Below, in pieces: positions 29,729 through 39,281 of a stretch of DNA of 64,000 nt. The notes below the pieces were generated by a model that worked only from the letters and a program-made list of their open reading frames with translations, had not been told where the DNA came from and did not search any database. A program made the position numbers and the translations under genes. Within the stretch, counting starts at the first letter, position 1. Each line of letters begins with the position of its first letter. This DNA is from an uncultured Gemmatimonadaceae bacterium (GTDB lineage: Bacteria; Gemmatimonadota; Gemmatimonadetes; Gemmatimonadales; Gemmatimonadaceae), in assembly GCA_963817955.1 (NCBI GenBank), contig CAWFQK010000004.1, positions 1,504,001 through 1,568,000 of the forward strand. The letters run 5' to 3'.

Positions 29729-31741
29729 CTATGTGGCGAGCGGAATCTGCACCGTGAACGTCGAGCCCTTGCCGACTTCGCTCGCCACCGTGATGTCCCC
29801 GCCCATCGCTCGCGCGAAATCGCGGCTGATCGCGAGCCCAAGGCCCGTACCAGGCTGCGTGCGCGTCAAGGCGTCGTCCACCTGCACAAAAGGCTCGAAG
29901 ATCGCCTGCAGCCGACTGCCCGGAATGCCGGTTCCAGTATCGACCACCGCAATGGCCGCGCGATCCCCATCGAGCGCTGCGCGAACCCGGATCGCGCCAT
30001 GACTCGGCGTGAACTTGATCGCGTTGCCGACCAGGTTCACGAGAATCTGCTTCAAGCGATGACGATCGGCGATCACGCGCAACGACTGCGGCGCCGGCGA
30101 AACGGACAGTTCGATGTGCTTTGCCGCGGCCTGTGGCTCGACGAACGGCGTCAACTCGGCCATCACGTCCTGCACCGCCACCACCGCCATGTCGAGCCGC
30201 GTGCGACCGGCCTCGAGCCGCGCGAAGTCGAGCACGTCGTCGATCAGTTGCGCGAGATGCGTCTGACTGCGCTCGATGCGGCCGAGCACCTCGGCCTGCT
30301 GGTCGGTGATCGGGCCGTAGATGCCCGACCGAATGAGTTGCGCGAAGCCGAGGGCCGCCTGCAACGGCGTTCGCAACTCGTGGCTCATCGACGCGAGAAA
30401 CGCCGCCTTGGCGCGATTCGCCGCTTCGGCCTCGGCGCGCGCGAGACGCTCGGCGTCAAAGAGACGCCCGCGCTCGAAGGCGTCGGCGGCGATACGCGAC
30501 AGCGCGGTGATGAACGATGCTTCCGTCGCACTCGCCGAGTGTGGATGATTCCATCGAACCACCACGGCCCCAAGCACGCGGCCGTTGCTCTCCATCGGGA
30601 TTGCGGCCACCGCTTGCACGCCTTCCGTGACGTGTATGAGCGCGAGGTCGGGAAACCTCTTGCGAATCTCCTCTGCAGTTCCCAGAATGATCGGCCGTCC
30701 GGTTCGAATCGCGACGCGCAACGGCGTTTCTTGATCCAGCGACAGCGTGGCTCCGACATGCATGGTGGGCATGCCGCGTGTCGCAAGCGTGCGGATCGTG
30801 TCTCCCGATGGCTCGACCGCGGAGAGCACGCCGGAATCCGCGTCGAGCGCCTGGATAGCCTGATCGAGGATGAGTCGCGCGGCCGCATCGAGCGACAGCG
30901 CACTACTCAAGCCTTCCGTTGCGGCCTGCAAACGTTCCGCGCGGCGTTCGGACTCCTCAGCGGTGAGCCGCGCTGCTTCGGCGTGTTCCTTCGCGCGGTG
31001 CGCTTCCGTCGCGGACTCTTGCACAGATTCCATCTGAGCTTCGAGCTCGATCGCCTGCTCCTGCAATCGCTCGTTGGCCACACTGACCTCGTCGAGCGCG
31101 GCATGGCGGTCGGCCAACGCGGCATCGAAATTCCGGTTGACGAGCAATGCCGACATTCCGGAGACCAGGGCTCCAACGACAATGATGACGAACACGGCTC
31201 CGGTGTCTCGGTCCTCGTCTTTCCGGCCGACGGCAAGACGCCGCTCGTCTTGGTCCTCAATGGCAGTCACGAGCCGCCGCACTTCCGACATCAGCTGTCT
31301 GCCCTCACCGGACGAGACCATGCTCTGCGCGGCGTCTGCACGCCCTGCGACCACGTCCGCCAGAACCCTTTCGATGGACCCCAGCCGCTCGCGCGCCACG
31401 ATGGCGAGCGTATCGACGCGCGCCGACTGCGCGGCATCGGTGTGCGTCTGTGCCTTCAGGATCGCAATCAAGCTGTCGACGCGAGCGGGCGCGCGGTAAT
31501 ACGGAAGGAGAAAAGCCGAATCCCGGGCAATGATCCACCCCCGCTCCGCGGTCTCCGCGTCGAGCAGGGCGTCCAGCACCAACGTGGACGATGCTATGAC
31601 ATCGCGGGTATTCGCCACGTTCCGGCGCGTCACCATCATTCGCTCCAGCGCGACGACCGACAGCACGCCGACGAGCAGCACGATGAGCGCTGGTCCGAAG
31701 ACCAGCGCGTGTCGTATCAGACGATGCCGGCGGTCAGGCAT
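29729..31741 (-). CDS. CHASE3-GAF sensor histidine kinase
   Basis: 'LLDAETAERGWII...FLLPY' (CHASE3), GAF, 'MSHELRTPL', 'NLVGNAIKFT', 'GTGLGLAIS'. Confidence 0.92.
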   Translation of the reverse strand: MPDRRHRLIRHALVFGPALIVLLVGVLSVVALERMMVTRRNVANTRDVIASSTLVLDALLDAETAERGWIIARDSAFLLPYYRAPARVDSLIAILKAQTHTDAAQSARVDTLAIVARERLGSIERVLADVVAGRADAAQSMVSSGEGRQLMSEVRRLVTAIEDQDERRLAVGRKDEDRDTGAVFVIIVVGALVSGMSALLVNRNFDAALADRHAALDEVSVANERLQEQAIELEAQMESVQESATEAHRAKEHAEAARLTAEESERRAERLQAATEGLSSALSLDAAARLILDQAIQALDADSGVLSAVEPSGDTIRTLATRGMPTMHVGATLSLDQETPLRVAIRTGRPIILGTAEEIRKRFPDLALIHVTEGVQAVAAIPMESNGRVLGAVVVRWNHPHSASATEASFITALSRIAADAFERGRLFDAERLARAEAEAANRAKAAFLASMSHELRTPLQAALGFAQLIRSGIYGPITDQQAEVLGRIERSQTHLAQLIDDVLDFARLEAGRTRLDMAVVAVQDVMAELTPFVEPQAAAKHIELSVSPAPQSLRVIADRHRLKQILVNLVGNAIKFTPSHGAIRVRAALDGDRAAIAVVDTGTGIPGSRLQAIFEPFVQVDDALTRTQPGTGLGLAISRDFARAMGGDITVASEVGKGSTFTVQIPLAT

Positions 31742-31765
31742 GCGCGGGCGAGACGCTCGGTTCGG

Positions 31766-31954
31766 TTAGCGTGGCTTTCCGCCGATGAAACGCGAATAGA
31801 CTTCCGGGCCCATGGTCCCCCCGCCGACCACAATCACCGTACCGCGCAGCGGACCGACCGTCGGAACGGCCGATCCCTTCGTCGCGGTCTGCGCGACAAG
31901 GCTGAGTGGCAGGACGAATGTGGCGACGACGCACGCACGACGCGCGACTGACAT
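31766..31954 (-). pseudogene. Truncated cyanophycinase/peptidase S51-like N-terminal fragment
   Basis: Signal peptide plus 'VGPLRGTVIVVGGGTMGPEVYSRFI', then a stop after 62 aa. Confidence 0.55.
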
Positions 31955-32148
31955 GGCGATTCCTCGGCTGCGGGGAGACCATTGAGAAGTTATAGGGAGG
32001 CGAACGGAAGATCGAGCGTTGCGGTCGAGCAAGCGGGCCTTGAGCCCTGAGCGCGGCGACGCGGCCTTCTGGACCGGCTCGACCATATGGCATCCCATGA
32101 CGCATGGACGAACGTTGTCCTGATCCGCTGTCAATCACAGATTCCGTC

Positions 32149-33210
32149 ATGTCCCGCTATCTTATTTTCTCAGAATCCCAACTTGGAACGCCCGCGGGCA
32201 AGACGGGGCATTCCGTTATTCGATATTCCGCCGGCCAGGTCGCAGCGGTGCTCGACAGCACCCGCGCGGGCCAACGGGTCCAGGACGTCCTCGGTTACGG
32301 CGGCGACATTCCCGTCGTGGCAACGATCGACGAGGGCGTCGCACTCGGTGTCGACGCACTGCTGGTAGGCGTCGCCATGCACGGTGGCGGGTTCACTCAG
32401 GAGGTGCGCACCGCCATCCATGCCGCGATCGACGGTGGTCTCGACATCTGGAACGGCCTGCACGGCTTCGTGAGCGACGATCCCTCGCTGTCTGCACTCG
32501 CCCGGATGCGTGGCGTAGAACTGCACGACGTCCGTCGTCCTCCCGACGCGCTGCCGATCGCCACTGGCCGGGTGCGCGAAGTCGATGCGACGGTCCTGCT
32601 CGCAGTGGGAAGCGACGCCAACATCGGGAAGATGACCGTGATGCTGCAACTGCACGCGGCGCTCACGGCGCGCGGCAGTCGGTCAGCCTTTGCACCCACA
32701 GGACAGACGGGCATCTTCATTCAGGGATGGGGGATCTGTGTCGACGCCGTCGTCGCCGACTTCATTGCCGGCGCGGCGGAATCTGTTACCCTACAGGCGG
32801 CACGGAACGCCGACATCGTGCTCGTCGAAGGACAGGGGTCCATCCTACACCCGGGATATTCCGGCGTGTCGCTCGGATTACTGCACGGCAGCCTGCCACA
32901 CGGGCTCATCGTCTGTCATCAACCATCGCGGAAGACCTTCCGCCACAATGCCTGGCTCAAGATTCCACCCCTGCGCGACGTGATCGCCCTACACGAAGCC
33001 ATGGCGGGCGCGCTGCGCCCCGCGCCGGCCATCGCTGTTTCCCTGAATACGGTGGATATGTCGGATCGGGATGCGCGGGCGGTGATCGACCGCACAGCCG
33101 ACGAGACTGGATTGCCGACGACCGATCCGGTGCGCTACGACGTGGCGCCGCTCGCGGATGCCGTACTCGCCTTCGACTCCGGTCGCCGTGGGGCGACCGC
33201 CCCTTTATGA
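32149..33210 (+). CDS. DUF1611 family P-loop protein
   Basis: 'KTGHSVIRY', 'WNGLH', 'VGSDANIGKMT', 'TGQTGI', 'DAVVADFIAGAAE', 'VEGQGSILHPGYSGV'. Confidence 0.88.
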   Translation: MSRYLIFSESQLGTPAGKTGHSVIRYSAGQVAAVLDSTRAGQRVQDVLGYGGDIPVVATIDEGVALGVDALLVGVAMHGGGFTQEVRTAIHAAIDGGLDIWNGLHGFVSDDPSLSALARMRGVELHDVRRPPDALPIATGRVREVDATVLLAVGSDANIGKMTVMLQLHAALTARGSRSAFAPTGQTGIFIQGWGICVDAVVADFIAGAAESVTLQAARNADIVLVEGQGSILHPGYSGVSLGLLHGSLPHGLIVCHQPSRKTFRHNAWLKIPPLRDVIALHEAMAGALRPAPAIAVSLNTVDMSDRDARAVIDRTADETGLPTTDPVRYDVAPLADAVLAFDSGRRGATAPL

Positions 33211-33833
33211 GCCATTTCATCCGCATGGCGGCATTCGCCACGGTCCTGCTCGCGCCACTCGCTTGCACGGACGGGCGTGCTCGTGCGCTCCAAGAGATCC
33301 GCGGCGTGCAGCTCTCGCCCGTGCGCGCAAAGCCGGACTTCACACTTCTGGATACGGACGGGAAGCCCTTTCACTTCGTGGCCGACACGCGCGGCACGGC
33401 CACGCTGCTGTACTTCGGCTACACCAACTGCCCTGACGTCTGCCCCACGCACCTCACGAACATCGCGGCCGCCATGAAACGGCTCTCGCCGCAGGACCAG
33501 GCAAAGGTCCGAGTCGTGTTCGTAACGACCGATCCGGCGCGCGACACGCCGACGGTGTTGCGTGGCTGGCTCAACAACTTCGATCCGCGGTTCATTGGCC
33601 TACGCGGCGATATTGCCGACGTGAACCGGATTCAGGCGGCGCTCGGCTTGCCGCCCGCCACCATCGAAGCCCTTCCGGGCACAGCCACCGGCGCCCACGC
33701 CGCCTACGGCGTGGGCCACAGCGCGCAGGTGCTGGGCTTTACTCCAGACGACAGCTTGCGGGTGGAGTACCCAAGCGGGTTCACGCCTGCCGATTGGCAG
33801 AATGACTTGCCGAGATTGCTGCGGGTGAAGTGA
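33207..33833 (+). CDS. SCO1/SenC family copper-binding lipoprotein
   Basis: 'YFGYTNCPDVCP', 'TTDPARDT', 'VGHS'; lipobox PLAC; ATGA overlap. Confidence 0.92.
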   Translation: MSHFIRMAAFATVLLAPLACTDGRARALQEIRGVQLSPVRAKPDFTLLDTDGKPFHFVADTRGTATLLYFGYTNCPDVCPTHLTNIAAAMKRLSPQDQAKVRVVFVTTDPARDTPTVLRGWLNNFDPRFIGLRGDIADVNRIQAALGLPPATIEALPGTATGAHAAYGVGHSAQVLGFTPDDSLRVEYPSGFTPADWQNDLPRLLRVK

Positions 33834-33908
33834 GGTTGATTAGTACTGCTTTGTCAGTTTTACCGCGAACTGCCGCGCAGTCGGCGGATGATCGAGCGGG
33901 GGCTGGCG

Positions 33909-34150
33909 CAAGCGATCGGGACGACGGGTGACTGTGATCAGTCATCAGTGCGTGGGTTGTCAGTCATCAGTGACTGAGGACCCCGACAGCCGTCGATCGG
34001 GCGAACAGACCCGCGAACATCCACCACCAAAAAAGACGCGCGGCCGCGAAAGCCGGCCCGAGAGAGAACCCGTCGCGTTGCCGCGCGACTGATGACTGAC
34101 AACCGTTTTACTGATGACTGAAGACAGTCACCCGCTGTCCCGATCGCTTG
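33909..34150. repeat. Long imperfect inverted repeat (63-bp arms, 116-bp spacer); MITE-like or structured RNA
   Basis: 33909-33971 matches the reverse complement of 34088-34150 at 54/63 positions; each arm has two cagtcatcagt modules. Confidence 0.8.
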
Positions 34151-34313
34151 ACCTGGCGTAACGCGCCGGACCCAGCCGCGGTCGTTCGCGCCGTTACCGC
34201 CGCCAGCGCTGAACCTCGGACAGAGCAGTATTAGGCCGCGTGCTCGTCCCGGAATACGTCAAGGACTACGTGTCCTTGAACCAGTTTGCGGCGTAGGCGG
34301 CACAGGAGGATTC

Positions 34314-34729
34314 ATGAGCAAGAGCAACAAGACCATGATTGAAGTCCAGGGCACCTCCGTCGCTGTGCTTTCGCAGAATCAGCAAGACATCATATGCCTG
34401 ACGGACATTGCCAAGTTCAAGAACCCGGATCACCCGGACGATGTGATCCGCAACTGGCTGCGCGGCCGCAACACGGTGGAGTTTCTCGGGGTCTGGGAAC
34501 GGCTCAACAACCCGAGTTTTAATCCCGTCGAATTCGACGGGATTAAAATGCAGACGGGTCTGAACAGCTTTGTCCTCACGCCGAAGCAGTGGATCGAGAG
34601 GACCGGAGCGGTGGGCATCACATCAAAGGCCGGTCGCTACGGCGGCACGTACGCCCATAAGGACATCGCCTTCGAGTTCGCCGCCTGGGTCTCGGTAGAG
34701 TTCAAACTCTACCTCATCAAGGAATTCCA
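34314..34729 (+). pseudogene. KilA-N domain protein, 5' part (interrupted)
   Basis: SD aggagg; 'ICLTDIAK...IRNWLR.RNTVEFLGVWE..NNP.F...GRYGGTYAHKDIAFEFAAWVSVEFKLYLIKEF'. Confidence 0.9.
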
Positions 34730-36323
34730 TCTCGGGTGACATCTGGGCCGGATCGCGGAGTTCGCGAAACACTTCGGTGCTGATTCACACACGTCACTCG
34801 GCGGGGCGGTGTGCCGAGAGATTCGGATCACTTCGGAGCGACCGGAGCCGGCCTGCGAGTCGTGTGCACCGGCACACCAGCTGGCGGCCCTGATTCCACC
34901 TGGTGCGTGTCCACGGGGGGCATCCTGGAACGGAGGCTCCACGGGAGGATATAGGACGCCAGCAAAATGCTGTCTCGGTGTTGACTGAGTACGTAGAGCC
35001 GTTCCCGGTTGCCTGCTACCCGAAGCGCAGATCGCGGGAGCACCATCGTCTGGAGATACGCTCCACTATCAGAATAGAGATCGACCATACGACCCGCGCC
35101 CGCTGAGCGACCGGAGAACAGGAGAGCAACCCCTCCAGGAAAGCTCGTTGCGTCGAGCGTGTAGACCGACGCTGACCGCGTCAGGCGGTCCCAGAGCCGC
35201 TGATACCAAGAATCAGTTGACACTGGCTCGATGTACGGTCCGAGCGGACGCACCGCGGTATCAGCAACGACCACAACGCTTCGCATGCGCGAGGCCCATA
35301 GGACACACGCGCCGCCCAGCGAGCCGCCGAATCGTAAGTCCTGCCACTTGACGGAGCGGCCGTCCACGTACCCCGCGGGGAACGACAACGAGCGAGTTGC
35401 GAACGGCCGTTTCAGATCATGGATGAAGACAGTGCCCGCCTACGTGTCATCGAGGAATGCGATGCTACCGCTGTCGACTACGCAAGCCGTGCGTACGGTT
35501 CCCCGGTCGCTGAGAGTCGCGATGACCTTGATGTAACCTGAGACGTCTCTACTGACGATGCTGCCCGTTTCAGGCACGAGATACCAAGTGACCCCGCCAC
35601 GGGTAACGCCGGCAATGTCAGAGGGAATGCCGAGCGCTGGATTGACACCGGCGGCCACGATCGGGACACGTCCACCGAGCGCTGACATGTTACTGCCCGA
35701 GAGGGGCTTCTCAAGAATGACCTGAAATGCGGCGGGCGGCGACGCTTGTAGAAGAGCCGTCACACCGCCCCCAGACCGAAACGCGACGACGCTCATGCGT
35801 TGCAGATGTGGGACGAAGCGCTCCACGTAGGGCAGACGGTATTCCCACTCCATGTCCCCGAGTCCGCCGACCCGCAGCGGGCCGGAACCCCCGGTATTTG
35901 CCGTGGAGCGCGAATCATGCGTCGCTGAGCATGCGCCGAGCGCCGCCGCGACCGCGAGGACCCCTAGGATCCTGGTGACCGTGGTTGCTATCGATCTGTC
36001 CTCCGTTCTCGCCGAAGGGCCACATTGGAGGAGGCGTGAACGCCGTTTTGCCGCCTGCGACTCAGAAACGATCAATCTCGCTGTCACGGAACCGTCACCA
36101 TTGAGAAGGCGTCTAAACATGCACGGCTGATTCCAACCCTTGGGGCCGGTCTACAGGCGGCGGCCAAACAGCTCAGTGATTGGGCTACACGCCGTGCGCC
36201 AGGCTTCTGTACGCACGGCATGCACACTGGCCGCAGAGAGCTTGTTAGCCCTGAGGGCTACATATCAGTGCCACGGGGTGAAGCAAATAGTTCCTCCGAT
36301 AGAACAGTTAAACTCGAATTCCA
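34722..36323. mobile_element. 1594-bp insertion in the KilA-N gene bounded by direct repeat GAATTCCA
   Basis: GAATTCCA at 34722-34729 and 36316-36323; excision restores ...LIKEFQRLKEEE... in frame (277 aa); no transposase and no terminal inverted repeats. Confidence 0.8.
34828..36120 (-). pseudogene. Hypothetical lipoprotein (possible beta-propeller) with one internal TAG at 35440-35442
   Basis: ORFs 35440-36120 and 34828-35388 are in the same frame; lipobox LGAC; 'VDLYSDSGAYLQTMVLP' propeller-like motif. Confidence 0.55.
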
Positions 36324-36741
36324 GCGCCTCAAGGAAGAGGAAAACCGCCACCTGTCGCTCGCCTGGAACCTTAACCGCACCCTTTCCAAGCTCAACTACC
36401 GAATCCACACCGACGCCATTCAGGCGCACCTGATTCCGGCGGCAGTAACGCCGGCACAGGCTGCCCTCACCTACGCCAGCGAGGCCGACCTGCTCAATGT
36501 CGCCCCGTTTGGCCAGACGGCAAAACAGTGGCGCGAGGAGAACCCAAAGCTGGAAGGCAACATGCGCGATTATGCCACGATCGAGCAGCTGTTGGTACTG
36601 GCCAATATCGAGGGCATGAACGCCGAGTTCATCCACATGACACGGCCACAAAGGGAACGTCTCAAGCGCCTCAATGAAATCGCCATCCGCCAGATGCAGG
36701 TGTTGACATCAACGTCTGCGATCAAACAACTCAAAGGATAA
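36316..36741 (+). pseudogene. KilA-N domain protein, 3' part
   Basis: 'EFQRLKEEE...WNLNRTLSKLNYRIHTDAI..HLIP...YASEADLLNVA.FG.TAKQWR..NP...GNMRDYA..EQLLVLAN'. Confidence 0.9.
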
Positions 36742-36914
36742 TAGTCTGCTCGCCACCGACACCAAACGCCGCATCGACACCGCCCGCGACATCCATACTT
36801 CGCGATTGCTTCTCTTGTCTCGCTGACTGGGCGCTCGCCATGGCCAGACGGCTCGTATCGGCGGCGCAGACGAGAGTCAAAAGCGAGTGCATCAAACAGC
36901 ATATGAGGGTAGGA

Positions 36915-36948
36915 ACGCGAACGGCCGCCCGAGGGCGGCCGTTCGCGT
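36915..36948. terminator. Perfect 16-bp-stem hairpin between convergent genes
   Basis: acgcgaacggccgccc-ga-gggcggccgttcgcgt. Confidence 0.7.
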
Positions 36949-36981
36949 GTACTGCGGGGTGTGACCTACGGGTGCGGCGTG

Positions 36982-37740
36982 TTACACCGCCGGCAACTGC
37001 GATGCCGGAGGTGTGGATGCTGCCGGCGGCGTTGCTGGCGCCGCCATACTGCCCTGCGTGGTGGCGTCCGCTTGTGCCGCGCTCGCGCGAGCGCCGATCT
37101 TGACGCCCGGCTTGTGAGCGACGCGCTTCGCTGTGGTCCATGCCGCCTGCAGGCCGGCATCGGCGCCGATCAACGGCAGCAGCAAGCCGTTGAGCACCGT
37201 GATGATGGTGCGACCACGCCGCTCCTCAGCCGCCAGGGATGCCGTCGCCCCGCTTCGGACCACGGCTTGCCCCGATCGACCATCAATGGCGTCCTGGAGC
37301 CCCTGCGCGGACGCCTGCAACCGCGCGATGAAATCCGCCGGGAGCCCGTTAGCCGTGAACACCGCCGCGTGGCGCGCCGCGGCCTCGCCCATCGCCGCCG
37401 CCGCCGCGAGCAGTCGCTCCGTCGAGACGGTCGAGCGCGGCGTGGTGAGCGAGCTAAAATCGGGAACAGCCGGTAGCCGAAGCTTCGCGATCGCCGCGAT
37501 GGGATCCATCTGGTGGATCCGCAACGCAAGGCGCAGCGCGCCCAGCTTCGACGTCTCCCCTCGGCTCGCGCGGCCACCGACCTCCTGAGCGGTGGCGGAT
37601 GCGCTGAGTTGGGTGATAGTGTCGGTCAGCTCCTGCCGAGCGGCAGAACCCAGGAGCGAGGCGAACGCCGTGGGTTGGGCATCGAGAAAGGTGTCGATGC
37701 GGCGGAGCGCTTCGAGCATACTGCCTTCGTGGTATTTCAT
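36982..37740 (-). CDS. Alpha-helical hypothetical protein (252 aa)
   Basis: SD ggagg before ATG 37740; 'LEALRRIDTFLD...MDPIAAIAK...LLAAAAAM...F...GLPADFI..L...AAW..AKRV'. Confidence 0.75.
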   Translation of the reverse strand: MKYHEGSMLEALRRIDTFLDAQPTAFASLLGSAARQELTDTITQLSASATAQEVGGRASRGETSKLGALRLALRIHQMDPIAAIAKLRLPAVPDFSSLTTPRSTVSTERLLAAAAAMGEAAARHAAVFTANGLPADFIARLQASAQGLQDAIDGRSGQAVVRSGATASLAAEERRGRTIITVLNGLLLPLIGADAGLQAAWTTAKRVAHKPGVKIGARASAAQADATTQGSMAAPATPPAASTPPASQLPAV

Positions 37741-37822
37741 GTGGCCTCCCGGCCGATGGGGCGCCGAAATGGACCTGCACCCCGACGGGCGCCCGATGCG
37801 CCGGGGTCGAAAAATGAGAGCA

Positions 37823-38730
37823 ACCGCCTCGAGCGGTTGCGGTGTGGTCTTGGGGAGTTGCGCTGTGGTCTTGAGGAGTTGCGATATCGTCTCGGAGAGC
37901 TGGGGTGTCGCCTCAGCAAGTTGCGCTGTCATCTCGGAGAGTCGGGGTGTCGCCTCAGCGAGTTGGGGTGTCGCCTCAGCGAGTTGGAGTGGCGTCTCGG
38001 AGCGTTGGAGTGCCGTCTCGCCGAGTTGGAGTCCCATGTCGACGCGTCAGGGTTCCATCTCAACGCGTTGGGATCCCGTCTCAACGCGTTGGAGTGCCAT
38101 CGCAAGGCGTTCCGATTGCGTCTCGATGAGTTAGGATTCCAGCTCGACGCGCTGGGGTGCCGCCTCTGCGAGTTGGAGTGCCGTCTCGCCGCGCTCAGCT
38201 TGTGCCTTGGCGCGTTGGAGTGCTCTCTCGCCGCACTCCGATTGTGTCTTGGGGAGTTGGAGTGCCGTCTCGATGCGTTGCGATCTCAGCTCGAGGCGCT
38301 CCGATTGCATCTCGGCAGCGGGCACTGCCGTCTCTGCACGGGCGGGTGTCGTCTCGCGGCGATGCGATGCCTGCTCTGCGCGCGAGGATCCTGGCTCAAC
38401 CCGCAGGGATCCTCGCTCGCCACGTTGCGATTCCGTCTACATCCGCAACGATCCTTGCTCGGTCCGTTGGGATTCCGTCTCGGCTCGCAACGATCCTTGC
38501 TCGGCCCGTTGGGATTCCGTCTCGGCTCGCAACGATCCTTGCTCGATCCGTTGCGATCCTATCTGGGCACGCGACGATCCCTGCTTGGCGCGTTGCAATA
38601 CCATCTCGCGGCATTGCGATGCTCGCTCGGCCCGATCGAATTCCATCTCGGCACGATCGAATTCCATCTCGGCACGATCGAATCCCGTCTCGGCCCGATC
38701 GAATTCCATCTCGACACGATCGATCCCGTC
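37823..38730. repeat. Degenerate 21-bp tandem array, about 43 units
   Basis: Phase kept throughout; approximate consensus (g/t)ccgtctcggcgcgttgcgat; + frame reads as LxxLxxx heptads. Confidence 0.9.
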
Positions 38731-38957
38731 TCGGCCCCTTCGCATTCGATCATGCCACGATCGATCCCGTCTCGATCCATTCGCATTCGATGCGTGGCAC
38801 GATCGATCCCGTCTCGCCGCCCGATCGTCCCGCGATGATCGTAGTCCTATATATTAGTTCCGAAATTGGGGGGTCAGCGCAAGGGCCAATATGACCGATT
38901 GACCAATACCGCCATGTTTTGAGCGTTTCAGCGTTAGTACTATTAGAGCGGTACGTC

Positions 38958-39001
38958 GGTCCCGTGTCCGGTGTCCCGTGTCCCGTGTCCCGTGTCCCGT
39001 G
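38958..39001 (+). repeat. 7-bp tandem array (GTGTCCC)n, about 6 units
   Basis: Read directly. Confidence 0.85.
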
Positions 39002-39281
39002 GTACCGGACGAGTCACGAGCTGGCCTGCGCGTGCGTGGAGCGGCCGGCCACGAGATCGCGGCGACCGGCAACACCGATCCGCGGAAGAGCGTCACCGAT
39101 CTGACGCTCCTGTTGAGTGGCATCGATCCGCCGCCGTCGCGCGTGCGCCGCTGGTGGCGGCCCGTCGAGGGACCCGGCGCCAAGACACTCTAGAACTTGC
39201 TCATAATCGCCCAGCGTCGTAGGTTGCGGCGCGATGGCGCTTGCGGAAGGACCGCCCTGGAACGACAACCGGGTTGACGAG

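Noticed and set aside
36296..36307. 12-bp match of the insert end to 13929-13940 (ctgttctatcgg)
   Set aside because: Matches of this length are expected by chance in 64 kb.
34730..36315. Classical IS element
   Set aside because: No transposase-like ORF and no terminal inverted repeats.
37823..38730. CRISPR array
   Set aside because: Contiguous 21-bp degenerate units with no repeat-spacer alternation and no cas genes.
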